In this document: one piece after another, positions 1-11,117 of the stretch
How the letters are laid out: each line of letters starts with the position of its first letter
How positions within the stretch are numbered: the stretch's first letter is position 1
Assembly: GCA_024704765.1 (NCBI GenBank)
Contig: JAKMXF010000050.1
Coordinates: 1 to 49,073 of the forward strand
DNA length: 49,073 bases
Direction of reading: 5' to 3'
Source of the DNA: Oopsacas minuta
Taxonomy: Eukaryota; Animalia; Porifera
Translations under genes and position numbers: made by a program
Notes under the pieces: generated by a model
What the model was told of the DNA's origin: nothing
The model's database searches: none
The model's input: the letters and a program-made list of their open reading frames with translations, nothing else

Positions 1-57
<57 letters not shown>
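1..57. repeat. (ATT)n microsatellite, probably intronic
   Basis: 19 perfect ATT units, followed by an AG acceptor at 65-66. Confidence 0.97.
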
Positions 58-66
58 TACACATAG

Positions 67-452
67 AAACTGTGGCAGAGAAACAACCTCAATATGCTAT
101 AGTTGCTGCTAAACAAACTCAACCTAAATACTCTCTTATAAAACTTATGTTAAATGGAAAATTTCAAGAATTCTATTCATTGAAACAAGTAGATGATCCT
201 AATACTCTCATAGGAGAATTGATACTCTGTAGATCTAAACTGAGTTGTGATTATGTAGTTGGTACTCTGAAGGTTATTATACCAGTACAATACCAATACG
301 ATAAGACAATAGCAGGAATAGAGTTTATTGACCCATTAGGAAATAGCAATGGTGAGTTTAATGGAAAACGTTATTTCAAAACTAATCATTTTTGTGCTAT
401 TTTCTTGCCAATTAATGAGGTTTATATGTGCTATAACAAACAAACGATATAG
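67..452 (+). CDS. Terminal exon of a CAP-Gly domain protein (5' part outside window)
   Basis: Acceptor catAG at 65-66; translation GTLKVI...AGIEFIDPLGNSNGEFNGKRYFKTNHFCAIFLPINEV fits the CAP-Gly pattern GVELDEPxGKNDGSVxGxRYF...GIFV. Confidence 0.75.
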
Positions 453-784
453 AGATCTAGAGAATAGCTTTATTTGTGAACGTTTCTACGATAATATCTA
501 ATGCATTTTATGAGAACTAATTAGTTGTGTTAGCTTATAGTGTACTAGCTGTAATATCCTAACTTTCCCTAAAATTCAATTTGATATTTGTATATATTAT
601 TTTATTCTTAATTATTAATGTTTTGAATTTGATAAGTAGTAATGCAATTATATATAAACATAGATTGGGACATACGGGTTATATAGACTTTTGGACATAG
701 TGAGTTTTCTTATCAGTTAGATAATTCAATGATTGTATATTAAATGCAAAATCTAGCTGATATTTGGAACAGCTGACTCTATGA

Positions 785-1779
785 ATGGCGTCATATAATC
801 AGATGAAAGTGAGATTGCCTATTAGTGCTAGTTCAATTCCTCACAGACACCCAGCTCCCCAAAAGGAATGGGAGTGTCCTTTTTGTGGATCTGTATTCGA
901 TGGAGAATGGACTAAAGATATTCACATGAATTCCTGTAAGAGAAAATCACTTAATATACAACAACAACAACAACAACAACAACATGATACAGCTTGTCTT
1001 CCCGCACAAACTCAGCCTAAGTGTCCTCAACCTACAAGTCAGTTATTATCAATTTCTGTATAATAATAGGAGATATTTCTTACCATTCAATCTTAATAGA
1101 ATCTGAATATTCAATATTCCTGTACATGAGATTACAGCAGAATAATGAAAACATAGTTTACATCAGTGAAACTAATGAACAATACTCTCTCGTTTGGAAT
1201 TCATCTAAATTTCAATACACGGGTCATGCGGTCCTCAGTCCTGGACTGCACACAGGTCGTATTCACTTCAGAACATCTAACAGGTTTAGTAAAGTTAAGA
1301 GTTTTCAAGTTTCTCCGTCTACGAATGACATAGAAATATTAATACAAGATCCTCCAGTAGATAATGTTACAACACGAAAACCTGTCAAGAATATAGCTAG
1401 ATCAACTAAGCAGGTTTTAAACTCTCCACCTTCTCAACCTGCAGAACCAGTTAAGAGTAGTTATGATGACGGACAGATATACGCTAACATTAGTAAATCT
1501 GCCGATAATATTCGTCTTCAATACGCAGTAGACCATTACAAGGAGAAGGTTACAAAGCTTGAGGGAGAGAACTTTAAATTGACAGAAGAGAATGCAAAAA
1601 TGAAAGATATTATTGACTCGTTTCACATTAAGATGAGAGAATTAGAGTCTGAAGTTACACGCTTATCAGTATTAGAAAGCAAATCCAATGTCTCTAAAGA
1701 CAAGCCACAAATAACCCCACCTCCTGTCTCACCTCGCCCTGATATCTACCAAACATCTGTCAAACAGCGCAAGAGTTGA
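785..1779 (+). CDS. Paralog A: CCHC zinc finger + polyQ + unassigned beta-domain + coiled coil + Pro-rich tail (~320 aa)
   Basis: Exons 785-1037 and 1070-1779; a 32-nt phase-1 intron (GTCAGT...TAG) joins two ORFs in frame; CPFC-x12-H-x3-C; domain homologous to paralogs B, C, D. Confidence 0.8.
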
Positions 1780-1873
1780 ATCTTATTTTTAATATTTTAT
1801 TATTTGTATATATTTTAGCTAATAATATTTCAAATAATTGAGTGTTTTATTTAGTTTGTACCCAAATATTAGA

Positions 1874-3616
1874 ATGTCAATACAAGATGATAAACACACA
1901 CAATCTCAGAGCTCACTAGCCAAATGGGGACAGTACCCTCCTTCCAATAGCGGGTACCAGTGGACCTGTAATCTCTGTAACAGCATATTCGGAACTCTAG
2001 AGCAGAGAGAGAAGCATCAGCACGAATGCCCTGGGATAAACCTTCCTAGCCACCAGTCTCAATGGAACAGCAGTGTGTCAAGCAGACAACCCTCCCCTCT
2101 TTATGGTGGAGCAGATATTCTACATAAATATTATCCTCCTATAACACAGCCTCAAATGCCTCTAATACAGGGTATTATATCATTATATGTTATATGACGT
2201 ATTAGTTGAGTTATGAAATAATTCATTTGCTAGAGACTATAAGGCTACCACCACCACAGCTTCCAGTTACTTTAAATCAACACACTACTACACCTGCTAT
2301 GTATCAGCAAACAGCAATAGCACCTGGATATCTACACAATACTACACCTGCTATGTTTCAGCAAAGAGCAATAGCACCTGAATATCTACACAATACTACA
2401 CCTGCCATATCCCAATATACAGTATCAGTTCCTGAATATCTACACACTACCACACCTGCTATGCATCAGAACACAGTAACAACACCTGAATATCAAAACA
2501 CCTATACCTCTGCTACATACAATTATTCAGCAGCCACAGTTCCTGAATACCAAAACACTATTACATCTGCTATGTATCAGCACAAGTCTAAAGAACATGC
2601 TTATCAACATACACCTGCTGCAATTGAATCTCACACAGGAAGTATGTAATGGTGCTCTTTATTCCAGTCTGATACTTGTAGAGATTATTATATTATATAT
2701 TTAGGTAGGAGAGTTGAGCTGTATTGGATGAAGGAGAGCCCTACTCTAGATATACAGGTTACATACATCGACGAAGTTTACGGAGGAATAGTACTGCAGT
2801 GGAATTCAAAATCTGAGATATTTGAGGGTGTAGCTGAGCTATCTTTAGGACAGCACACCGGATGTTTAACACTATCTACTAATGACACCATTCTTCCTAT
2901 TAAACAATTCATTGTTGAGCAAGGAAGTCCCGATCCACAGAAAATCATGATAACTACTGGACAGAGAAGAGTGGTTACACCTCAAACAGGTGAGTTACTA
3001 GACTAGATATAAGATAGGAACATTATAACAATAGTATCGTATATTAGTGACATATGTTGAATCAGATAGAGGAAGAGTAACTAGTGAAGAGAAAAGAAGT
3101 TTACAGGATGATATTAACAGATTAACAGCTGATCTGGATAATAGGAATAATGAACTTGTACAACAGAGACAAGAATATCTCAAATACAAACAAGAAAACA
3201 CAGATCTAACTAAACAAGTAGAGTTACTTCTTAAAGATAACAAAATATTGAGAACAGCAGGTAAACCTGTTGTTAGCATACCTGTAGAGATTGAAACACT
3301 ACAGCTAAAGATTCAAGAATGGGAGAAGAAATATGGAATATTAGAAAATGAAGTGATTAAGTTTAAAGAGGAGAAGAACTCTGCTAATGAATACTCCGAT
3401 TATTTGTATCAACAAAAACAGCAGTTTGAGGATAAGCTACAGGAAGTTCAGCAAAAGTTGAATACGTCTCAAATACAGATTACTGAGTTGAAAGCCAACC
3501 TTCAGGAATTTGTAAAAGATGAGAACGCCCCTCCCCCTCTCCCTACTCGGTGTAAGCCTGTACTCAAAGAGGAAACTCAATCAGCTGATAAAGAAGTAAA
3601 AGAGTCAGAAAATTGA
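1874..3616 (+). CDS. Paralog B: CCHC zinc finger + 18-aa Tyr repeats + unassigned beta-domain + coiled coil + PPLPTR (~519 aa)
   Basis: Exons 1874-2171, 2234-2641, 2705-2989, 3048-3616; all introns GT-AG phase 1, frame continuous. Confidence 0.82.
2287..2630 (+). repeat. Coding tandem repeat, ~54-bp / 18-aa unit, ~6 copies
   Basis: ac(t/c)acacctgc core at 2287, 2341, 2395, 2449, with degenerate copies after; peptide TTPAMxQxxxxxPEY(L/Q)(H/N). Confidence 0.85.
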
Positions 3617-3814
3617 AACTTTTGTATATTTATGCATTGTCTCATCAAACTGTATCGATTATATTCCATATATTTCCTGAATACTTCTCGCCCCCCAACC
3701 GATGCTTGATTTGCCAATTAATGTAATTATATTTGTATTCTAAATAAGCTACAGGAGAATATTTATGGAATTATATGTTAGTATCATTCACACTTATTAG
3801 GGTAATTTAATTCT

Positions 3815-5209
3815 ATGGCAGATAGTAAAGGCTTTTATTACTCCAATCCTCCCACCAGTAAAAGAAAGAGTCTCAAGAATTCAACCGCAGAAGAAAAATT
3901 TGTTCTAACAATTTCAGAGCTTAACACTAAACAGGGACGCTGTCCTCCTTCTAACCCTCCTCCTATCTCTCCTAACAAACCACAATTTTCTATTTTATAC
4001 CCTGAACAAGACAGAAGTATGAATTCATTTTTGTGCAGATCTTGGTGTAGTTTGATTAATTGTATTAGTTCTTACAGGTCCTGTGAAACAGCCGGTTATG
4101 CTGATCTGGACGAAACAGCAAGACACAATTAACAATTATGTCACTTACTTCGATAACCTAGACAATCCATGCAATCTAGAGTGGGATAAATTGAAAGAAT
4201 TATACTCTGCCCTTGTTCATCTAACCTGTGGAGAGCATAGGGGCTGTCTGGCTCTCAGTGACAGAGACATCACTTCAGAAATACAGAGCTTTTCAGTTAT
4301 AGAGAAATCTCAAACTCAGTCTGTAATCCTCTCTATAGTAAAATCACAAGTTAAACCTGGGCTGGTTAAAAGTAGGTCACAAATTTACATGTTAGTATGC
4401 AATAATTATATTACGTGTATGTTTGTGTGTATTAGGTAAACACGTTCCTAATCCGAAGTTAGGAGAGAAGAAGAGGGAGGGAGAGGAATTGCAACATATG
4501 AGAGAAGAGAGAGAGAAATTAATCAAAGAAATAACGTCAATCTCTGCTCAACTGCAGAAGGAGAAAGACTCTTCAAAAATATACAAGAAAGAAATAATTA
4601 GTTTGAGAGACCAAGTAGATAAATTAAAGAAAAAAAATGCGGATAATTCTGAAGTAGCTGCTGGAGAGAGGAATGAAGCTAGGCTAAGAGAGGCTAGATT
4701 AGAGGATGAGATTAAAAAGCTCAAAAATCCAGGTAGACATAATTTACACATGTTATTACATGACTTATAATATTAAATACAGGTTGTGTTTACTAGTTTT
4801 GGATGAAGCTCAACAGAATAATAGCTGGAAACATGTTAACTCTGCTTCTGATAATCCAGTGCCAGCTAAAACAGCTCCTAAATCCTCAGATTATATTAAC
4901 TTTGATACTCTCACACAATACACTGAATATTACACAGAGTTTAAAGAATTAGAGAAATCTAAAAATAATCTTTCCAAAGCTAAAACGGAATCTGAAACAA
5001 AAGCAGCTAGATTATTAGACTTCCAACACGAAGAGAGGAAGAAATTAGAAATTGAGTTAACACAAACCAAGAAAGAATTATCAGAGTCAAAACAAGAAAT
5101 TGAAAAATTGAAAGAAAATGTTCATCGTCCTCCTCTCCCAGCCAGATCTCCCAAACTTCCTATATCTCCTGCATCTCAACAGCAATGCCTCACTCACAAT
5201 TACAAATAA
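3815..5209 (+). CDS. Paralog C: Pro-rich N-terminus + unassigned beta-domain + coiled coils + PPLPAR (~401 aa)
   Basis: Exons 3815-4016, 4078-4371, 4436-4732, 4797-5209; all introns GT-AG phase 1. Confidence 0.82.
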
Positions 5210-5332
5210 GCTTTCTAATTCATTTCACACAAAACTACGTATATATGAATATGACGGACAGTTTATTGAATGATTTGTTTGTAAATTTTGATTCATTTTT
5301 AACATTTTGAATATACTTATAATTTGAATGTA

Positions 5333-5433
5333 CAGTAGAACTCGGATAAGACGTACCCCCTCGGGAAACAGAAATTAGTACGTCTTAACCGAGTGTACGT
5401 CTTAACCGAGTACGTCTTATCCGAGTTCTACTG
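5333..5433. mobile_element. 101-bp MITE, Tc1/mariner-pogo-type (TA target duplication)
   Basis: Perfect 24-bp TIR CAGTAGAACTCGGATAAGACGTAC (5333-5356 / 5410-5433), TA on both sides, internal GTACGTCTTAACCGAG repeats. Confidence 0.9.
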
Positions 5434-5631
5434 TATTTAAATTGATTTTTGTGTTTAGTTTTATGTTATTATGATATGCTCTGGCATAACTCCTGAGCTT
5501 TATCACCTCGAGGAAACACATGATTAAGATGTGATTATTTATATATGTACCTGAGTTAACATTTCTAGTTTCTAGTTTCTACTAATCCATGTCATGATGA
5601 GTTGTATTGCTGTAATAGATAATATACTAGT

Positions 5632-8600
5632 ATGAGTGAATCTACAGGAGAGAGCTTGCCCTCTGTAGCTCCCCAGTCACCTCCAAAGGATAATACCTCT
5701 CTAGCTGAGATTAGCTCCTGGTGGGAGGTGCCTTGTATTGCGCAATATTGTCTAACCTTCTCAGATTCACTCGAGTTACCAACCTTTGAGATAGAAGAGC
5801 TAGAGATAGCTCTGCTACCCTCAGATGAGAATACAGACATACATCCTCTTATTGTCAATATACATGTAGCATTTCTAAAAGGAATATTAGAGAAGAAAGA
5901 GATTGGTGAGTTCTATGTGTGACTATTAAGATTTTATTTTATTAATTATCTGCATTCCTTAGGCCCAACAAACTGGGAGCTGTTGCTAAGATTACACTTT
6001 GTGTGGAGAAGTGAGTTTTTGAATGAGAAGTATAATCCAATGGGAGAAGTTAGCTACCAGCAACTGGACACCAGGACTAAGGTTGAGATTCTCTATAGAT
6101 TATGTCACTTGCGTATGGAGCTAGATGACGTCGCAGAGTGTATCAAGTATTTGGAAGCTTACGAAATGCGTTCTGAAGACTTGGGCATGGACAAAAGGGG
6201 AAACAAGTTATGGTACTTCTACGGAATGAGGCTCTATAGAGAGAGCAAGGAAGCACAACAGCACAACAAACGGTTGGTTGTATTTACTGAATATTCGTAC
6301 TTATTAACCGAGTGTACTTCTCCGAGTTCTACTGTATTTCATTAATCGCGTTTTCTTATAGTTACAAGGGTTCCTCCAGTTTGAAGTCTAGATCAGCTGA
6401 TTCACAGAGGAAAGATCCTGCTACACCTAATATCAAGAGCAAGAACAGCACCCCTAGGACAAGAAATAAGAATCAGCTGAGAGGTATCTGTGTATCTTCT
6501 GTAATGATGTGTTATTTATATGATGTGTTTTTTAGCTGTGATTGGTGACCTGGAGAAGGAGGACAGCTGTGCATCAGCTGATGAGACCTGTAAACAGACA
6601 CCCAAGAGAATTACCAGGTCTGCTAATTTGACATCTAAGTTAGCGAATGATACTACTCAAGATAACACAGGTAAGGATTGCATTACAACTTGCATTGTAG
6701 TATTGTGTTGTATTTATCTGCATTATGTAGATAGTAATCAGACAGATATTCCTATTACTGATACAGCAACAAGTTCAAGTGATACAACCTTATTTGCTGA
6801 AGACAATGAATTCTCTCGTAGGACAGGTGAGTATCTCTATTTATACTATTTGATACTAGTTTTATTGATGACGTATCGTAGGATGGTCTATTGTGTGTAC
6901 TGACCTGAAAGATTGGAATCAGCTATTGAGCTCAATGGAGAAATCCTCTCATAATTGCGAGGTAGAGTTTGTGAAATATGTGAGAAAAGAGTTACTTGAT
7001 ACTCTAACGGAGCTTGACAACAATAAGAAGTCAAATGGAATGTTAACAGGTATGTTTAGTACATCCATTTGACTTGATTAACTTTGTGTTGGTAGAAAGC
7101 GATAGCTCTATAAGAGCTACAAGGAGATTGAACAGCAAAATAAAGCCTAGCTATTCTAGCGAGCAGATTGACTTCACGGGAGTACCAGAATATCCTCGCA
7201 AGAACAGACATGTAGAGTTAGAGAGTATTTCAATGGATGAATTAGTAGCATCAGAGAGTGACAGTATTGATACAGAAGTAGAAGAGGAGAGGAAGAGGGA
7301 GAGAGAGGAAGTTAGAGAGAAGAGAATGTTGGAATGGAAGGAAGCATATTCTGGTACTTAAGACAATTCTATATTGTAACAGTCCAAAGAATCTTTAATA
7401 TTATTTATTGTTAGGGAACATCCAGGGACCCAGGAAGAAGGCTAACCTCCCTAATTCAGCTACTGTTGTTGATATGGAGGAAGTTATTATAGGAGAAGAT
7501 CTACGGATTGCAATGCTCAAGGTTAGCACGAGAGTTAAACAAATTATTATTTAATATATTACAGAAATTAATAGGTAGTTGATGAGCTCAGGAAGCATGA
7601 AGATTGCTGGCTATTCGTAGACCCCGTAACAGAGGCGATAGCACCTGGGTATCATGACGTCATTAAACACCCCATGGATATAGTTACTGTAGAGAAGAAG
7701 TTGAAGAATGAAGAATACTCAAACAAGGTTAATTATCAATTTTCGATAGTTTTCAATTTAAAGTAGACCCTACGTATGTACGTATGTGAATTGTTACAGG
7801 AACAATTCGTGAGAGATTTCAAGATAATGTTCAAGAACTGTAGACGATATAACGGACCAGACAGTGAGTATACAGAAATGGCACACACTATACGACAACA
7901 ATTCAATAGGTTATTTTGTAAACATTTTTCACAGCCAGGTAACACAGGTGTTAATTTACACAAATGTGTCGTATAATATAATTAATCTATTGTGTAGGGC
8001 CCAATGGTAGAGCTAGATCTCCTATCCCTGGTATCGGGAGCAGTTCTGACTCAGAAGAAGAAGTTACGTCATTTAAGTCTCCAGGTACTATATGATTCAC
8101 ATATTTATAAGTCTTACTATATAACGTAGAATTTCCAGTTGTTAAGAGAGTAGGAAGCGCAAGACAGAGGCTGATGGGTCCATGGTTCAGAAGTCCAAAA
8201 CTCCGAAGAGACCGAGAGGAGGGACAGGAGAGGATCTGACTGGATATTCTCGGTACCCTCCTCCGTTCTACCCTCCCTATCCTCCTTACTCAGACACAGA
8301 GACAGGTATACAAATATGAATATTTAATATTATTACGTATTTATTGTCTGATAACCTCTCTCTTGACAGGACACAAATATCCTCACTTCCCTCACGAGTT
8401 TCCGCCCTTCTCCTATTTCCCACCTTTTATGTCCTCCTCCCATCCTCCATTCCCTGCCTACCCTCCTTATTGGGGAGCAGAGCATCAGTACAAGTCCTCT
8501 CACAGGGGAGCTGCTACTGAAGGCTATACAGCTGGATCTACGAAGCAGAGGAGAGAAGAGGAAGCTAAGTTACAGACTGTTATCCGTTCTCAAGGTAATA

Positions 8601-10809
8601 CACTAATCAATATTTGTGATAAATTGATGTTAATCATTATTTAGGTCTGCTGGGTAGCAACGTAGAAGGTAAGCAGAAGAGAGAGAGAGTGTCATCCACT
8701 ACAGCTGAACAGAAGACAGCTGAGCTTTCAAGTCCCGAATCCCTGACACCTGTCACTGAACAGACATCTGATCCTGCAACTCAGAGAGAAGATATTGGGT
8801 CTCGTACCAGTAGCTCCTCATCTGCCGGTCAAGGGTTCCCTCCTCTCTCCCACAGAGCTCCGACAGGACCTTACCACACCCCTGGACCATACGGACACAT
8901 GCAACATCCTTTTCATAGTTAGTCCTATTTATTCACACCCAGTGTCGATTCTAGTATTGATTATGCATCTCTACTCTATAGATCCTTACTATCCTCCTTA
9001 TATGGACTACATGATGGACTCCTACTATCCTCCATCTCCCTTCTTCCCTAGACAGGGACAATACCCTCCTCCTAGACACCATAGAAAGCATAAACACACA
9101 GAAAAACCCTCTAATGGTAAGTATTATGTACGAACAATTAGCTATCACATACAATATGTAGAATTGTTAGACAAATGTGATGGAGTAGCTTCTGTTGGTG
9201 ACTCGGAACAAAAACAAAAACAACAACAACAACAACAACAACAACAAAAATCACTTGAGAACATCCAAGATAAACAAACTCAACCAGACCGGAACAGTCC
9301 AGAGAAAAAGTATTGTATTTATGTTCTTTAATGAAAATTTGAATTTAAATCTGAACAATAAATTAATATAGAAATTCTATGGAGATATGTGCTACAGATT
9401 CCATCCATACTCCTAACCCATCTCCTGACCAGTTCTCATCACTAGATGAAGCTAACACATCTCTTAAGGCTGTATCTCCTACAAATATCAATATGGAAGA
9501 GCAACCTCACTCTACTACTGAAGAAGTTATCACTGACATTGAAAGTAAGATAATAATATGATACTACATTAGTAATTTCTTTGTTATATTTTCTCTTATC
9601 AAGAACACAAATCAATTCCACAAATTGTCAAGCAGCCTCCCTCCCCTTCTAACTCTCCAGATACTTCTTATGTTAAAGCAACATCCTCAAAATCCAAGCC
9701 TCCTATCCCGTGTATGTACCCTCACAGACCCCCCTACCCTCCTATGGGCTACCCGTACTACCCCCCATCCCCCTATCCTCCCATGGGATACCCGCACCCC
9801 TCTTATGATCCATATATAGCAGACATGATGGCTTGGAATCAGCAGCAGACTTTATCTCAAGGTATCTCTAAAATATAATTGTTCTATCTTCCTAATTATA
9901 TGTCCTCACAATTAGGAACACAGTCCTCCAAAAAGAAATCCTCTCGCACTCTCCCTCCTTCTCAGATGGATCCTAGATACCATCAAAACTCTTCCGAGTA
10001 TATGCATAGACTGCCTCCTTTTCCAGGAGCTCCCCAATCACCAGAAGACATCTCCCCTTACTCGTACCCTTCTGCACCCCCTCATCTATCCAAGTACCTC
10101 AAGAAATCTCACTATGAGACAGACGTGCTCCCTCCTCCAGCTGGGTACTGTCTGCAGCCAGACCTCCTCAAACTACCACAGATCGATGATCCCACAAATT
10201 CCAATGTACCTAACTACAAGGAATCATTAGCTGATTACGCATTGCATTTAGCTGGTAAGTTAATTGTTTGTATGATCCTACTCTTGTACTATGTATGTTT
10301 GTATGTGTATTATAGGTGGTAAACCAAGTAACCTTACAGCTGATCCTCCTACTCAGGAACAGATAAGTGAGGATACTATACTCAGCCCTCTCTTCATATC
10401 TTCACAGCAGATACCTCTTAATACCCATGTAAACAATAATAACAACAACAATAACAATAACAATAACAACAATGAGTTAAATTTAGAATCTATTGGGTCT
10501 TCTTATTTTGATTCAGTATCACTAAATTATCCTCCCTCATATCCTACTCAATCCTATCAACCTTACTCAGCATCACGCCCCAACACTCTTCGTTCTTTCT
10601 TCCTACCCTCTGTTCCTCCAGCCCCTCACAGGACAGACCTCAAGCTAGATCTGCTCAAATGTGAACAAAATCGATTCAACCAGTGGCTAGCTAGAAATAG
10701 TATTGAGTCTATGAGCAGGTTAACTTATCAGATGGGTCAGCGAGTTCAAAGCAAACAGGACACTCCAGAAGCTGCTAATACTACCCCAGAAGAACCCTCC
10801 GAGCCTTAG
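5632..10809 (+). CDS. CECR2: CECR2-like chromatin remodelling subunit (DDT-type N-terminus, bromodomain, Pro/Tyr-rich C-terminus), multi-exon
   Basis: ISSWWEVPCIAQYCLTFSDSLELPTFEIEELEIAL and LWYFYGMRLYRE match CECR2; spliced bromodomain DELRKHEDCWLFVDPVTEAIAPGYHDVIKHPMD...KIMFKNCRRYNGPDSEYTEMA (7577-7936). Some 3' exon boundaries are uncertain. Confidence 0.88.
6297..6336. mobile_element. Right-end fragment of the 5333-5433 MITE family in a CECR2 intron (6273-6361)
   Basis: AACCGAGTGTAC...CCGAGTTCTACTG-TA matches the MITE internal repeat and terminus. Confidence 0.7.
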
Positions 10810-11117
10810 CTTAAACGGAAACGTGACAGCTGATTGTGCCACGTGGCAGCTAATGATTGCTCATTTCTGGAATTAATTCATTTCATAGGACAGAATGATC
10901 TGTTTTTGATTCTAACAAATTGCAACAGCATTTTAATTTATTTATATAGCAAGCGACTCACTCATCATAAATACATGTGCTTACATGTTTGATTAAAAAG
11001 TTAAAACTCTTAAATAATATTCTATACACGAACTATTATAGTAAATTTTAAAACTTTTGCATTCTTGATTTCATAATTTAGAACGAAGAGCTCTCTACCA
11101 ATAAATAGTACAGTTTG

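Noticed and set aside
8125-8155. Possible frameshift in CECR2
   Set aside because: An alternative AAG acceptor restores the frame; cannot be decided without reads.
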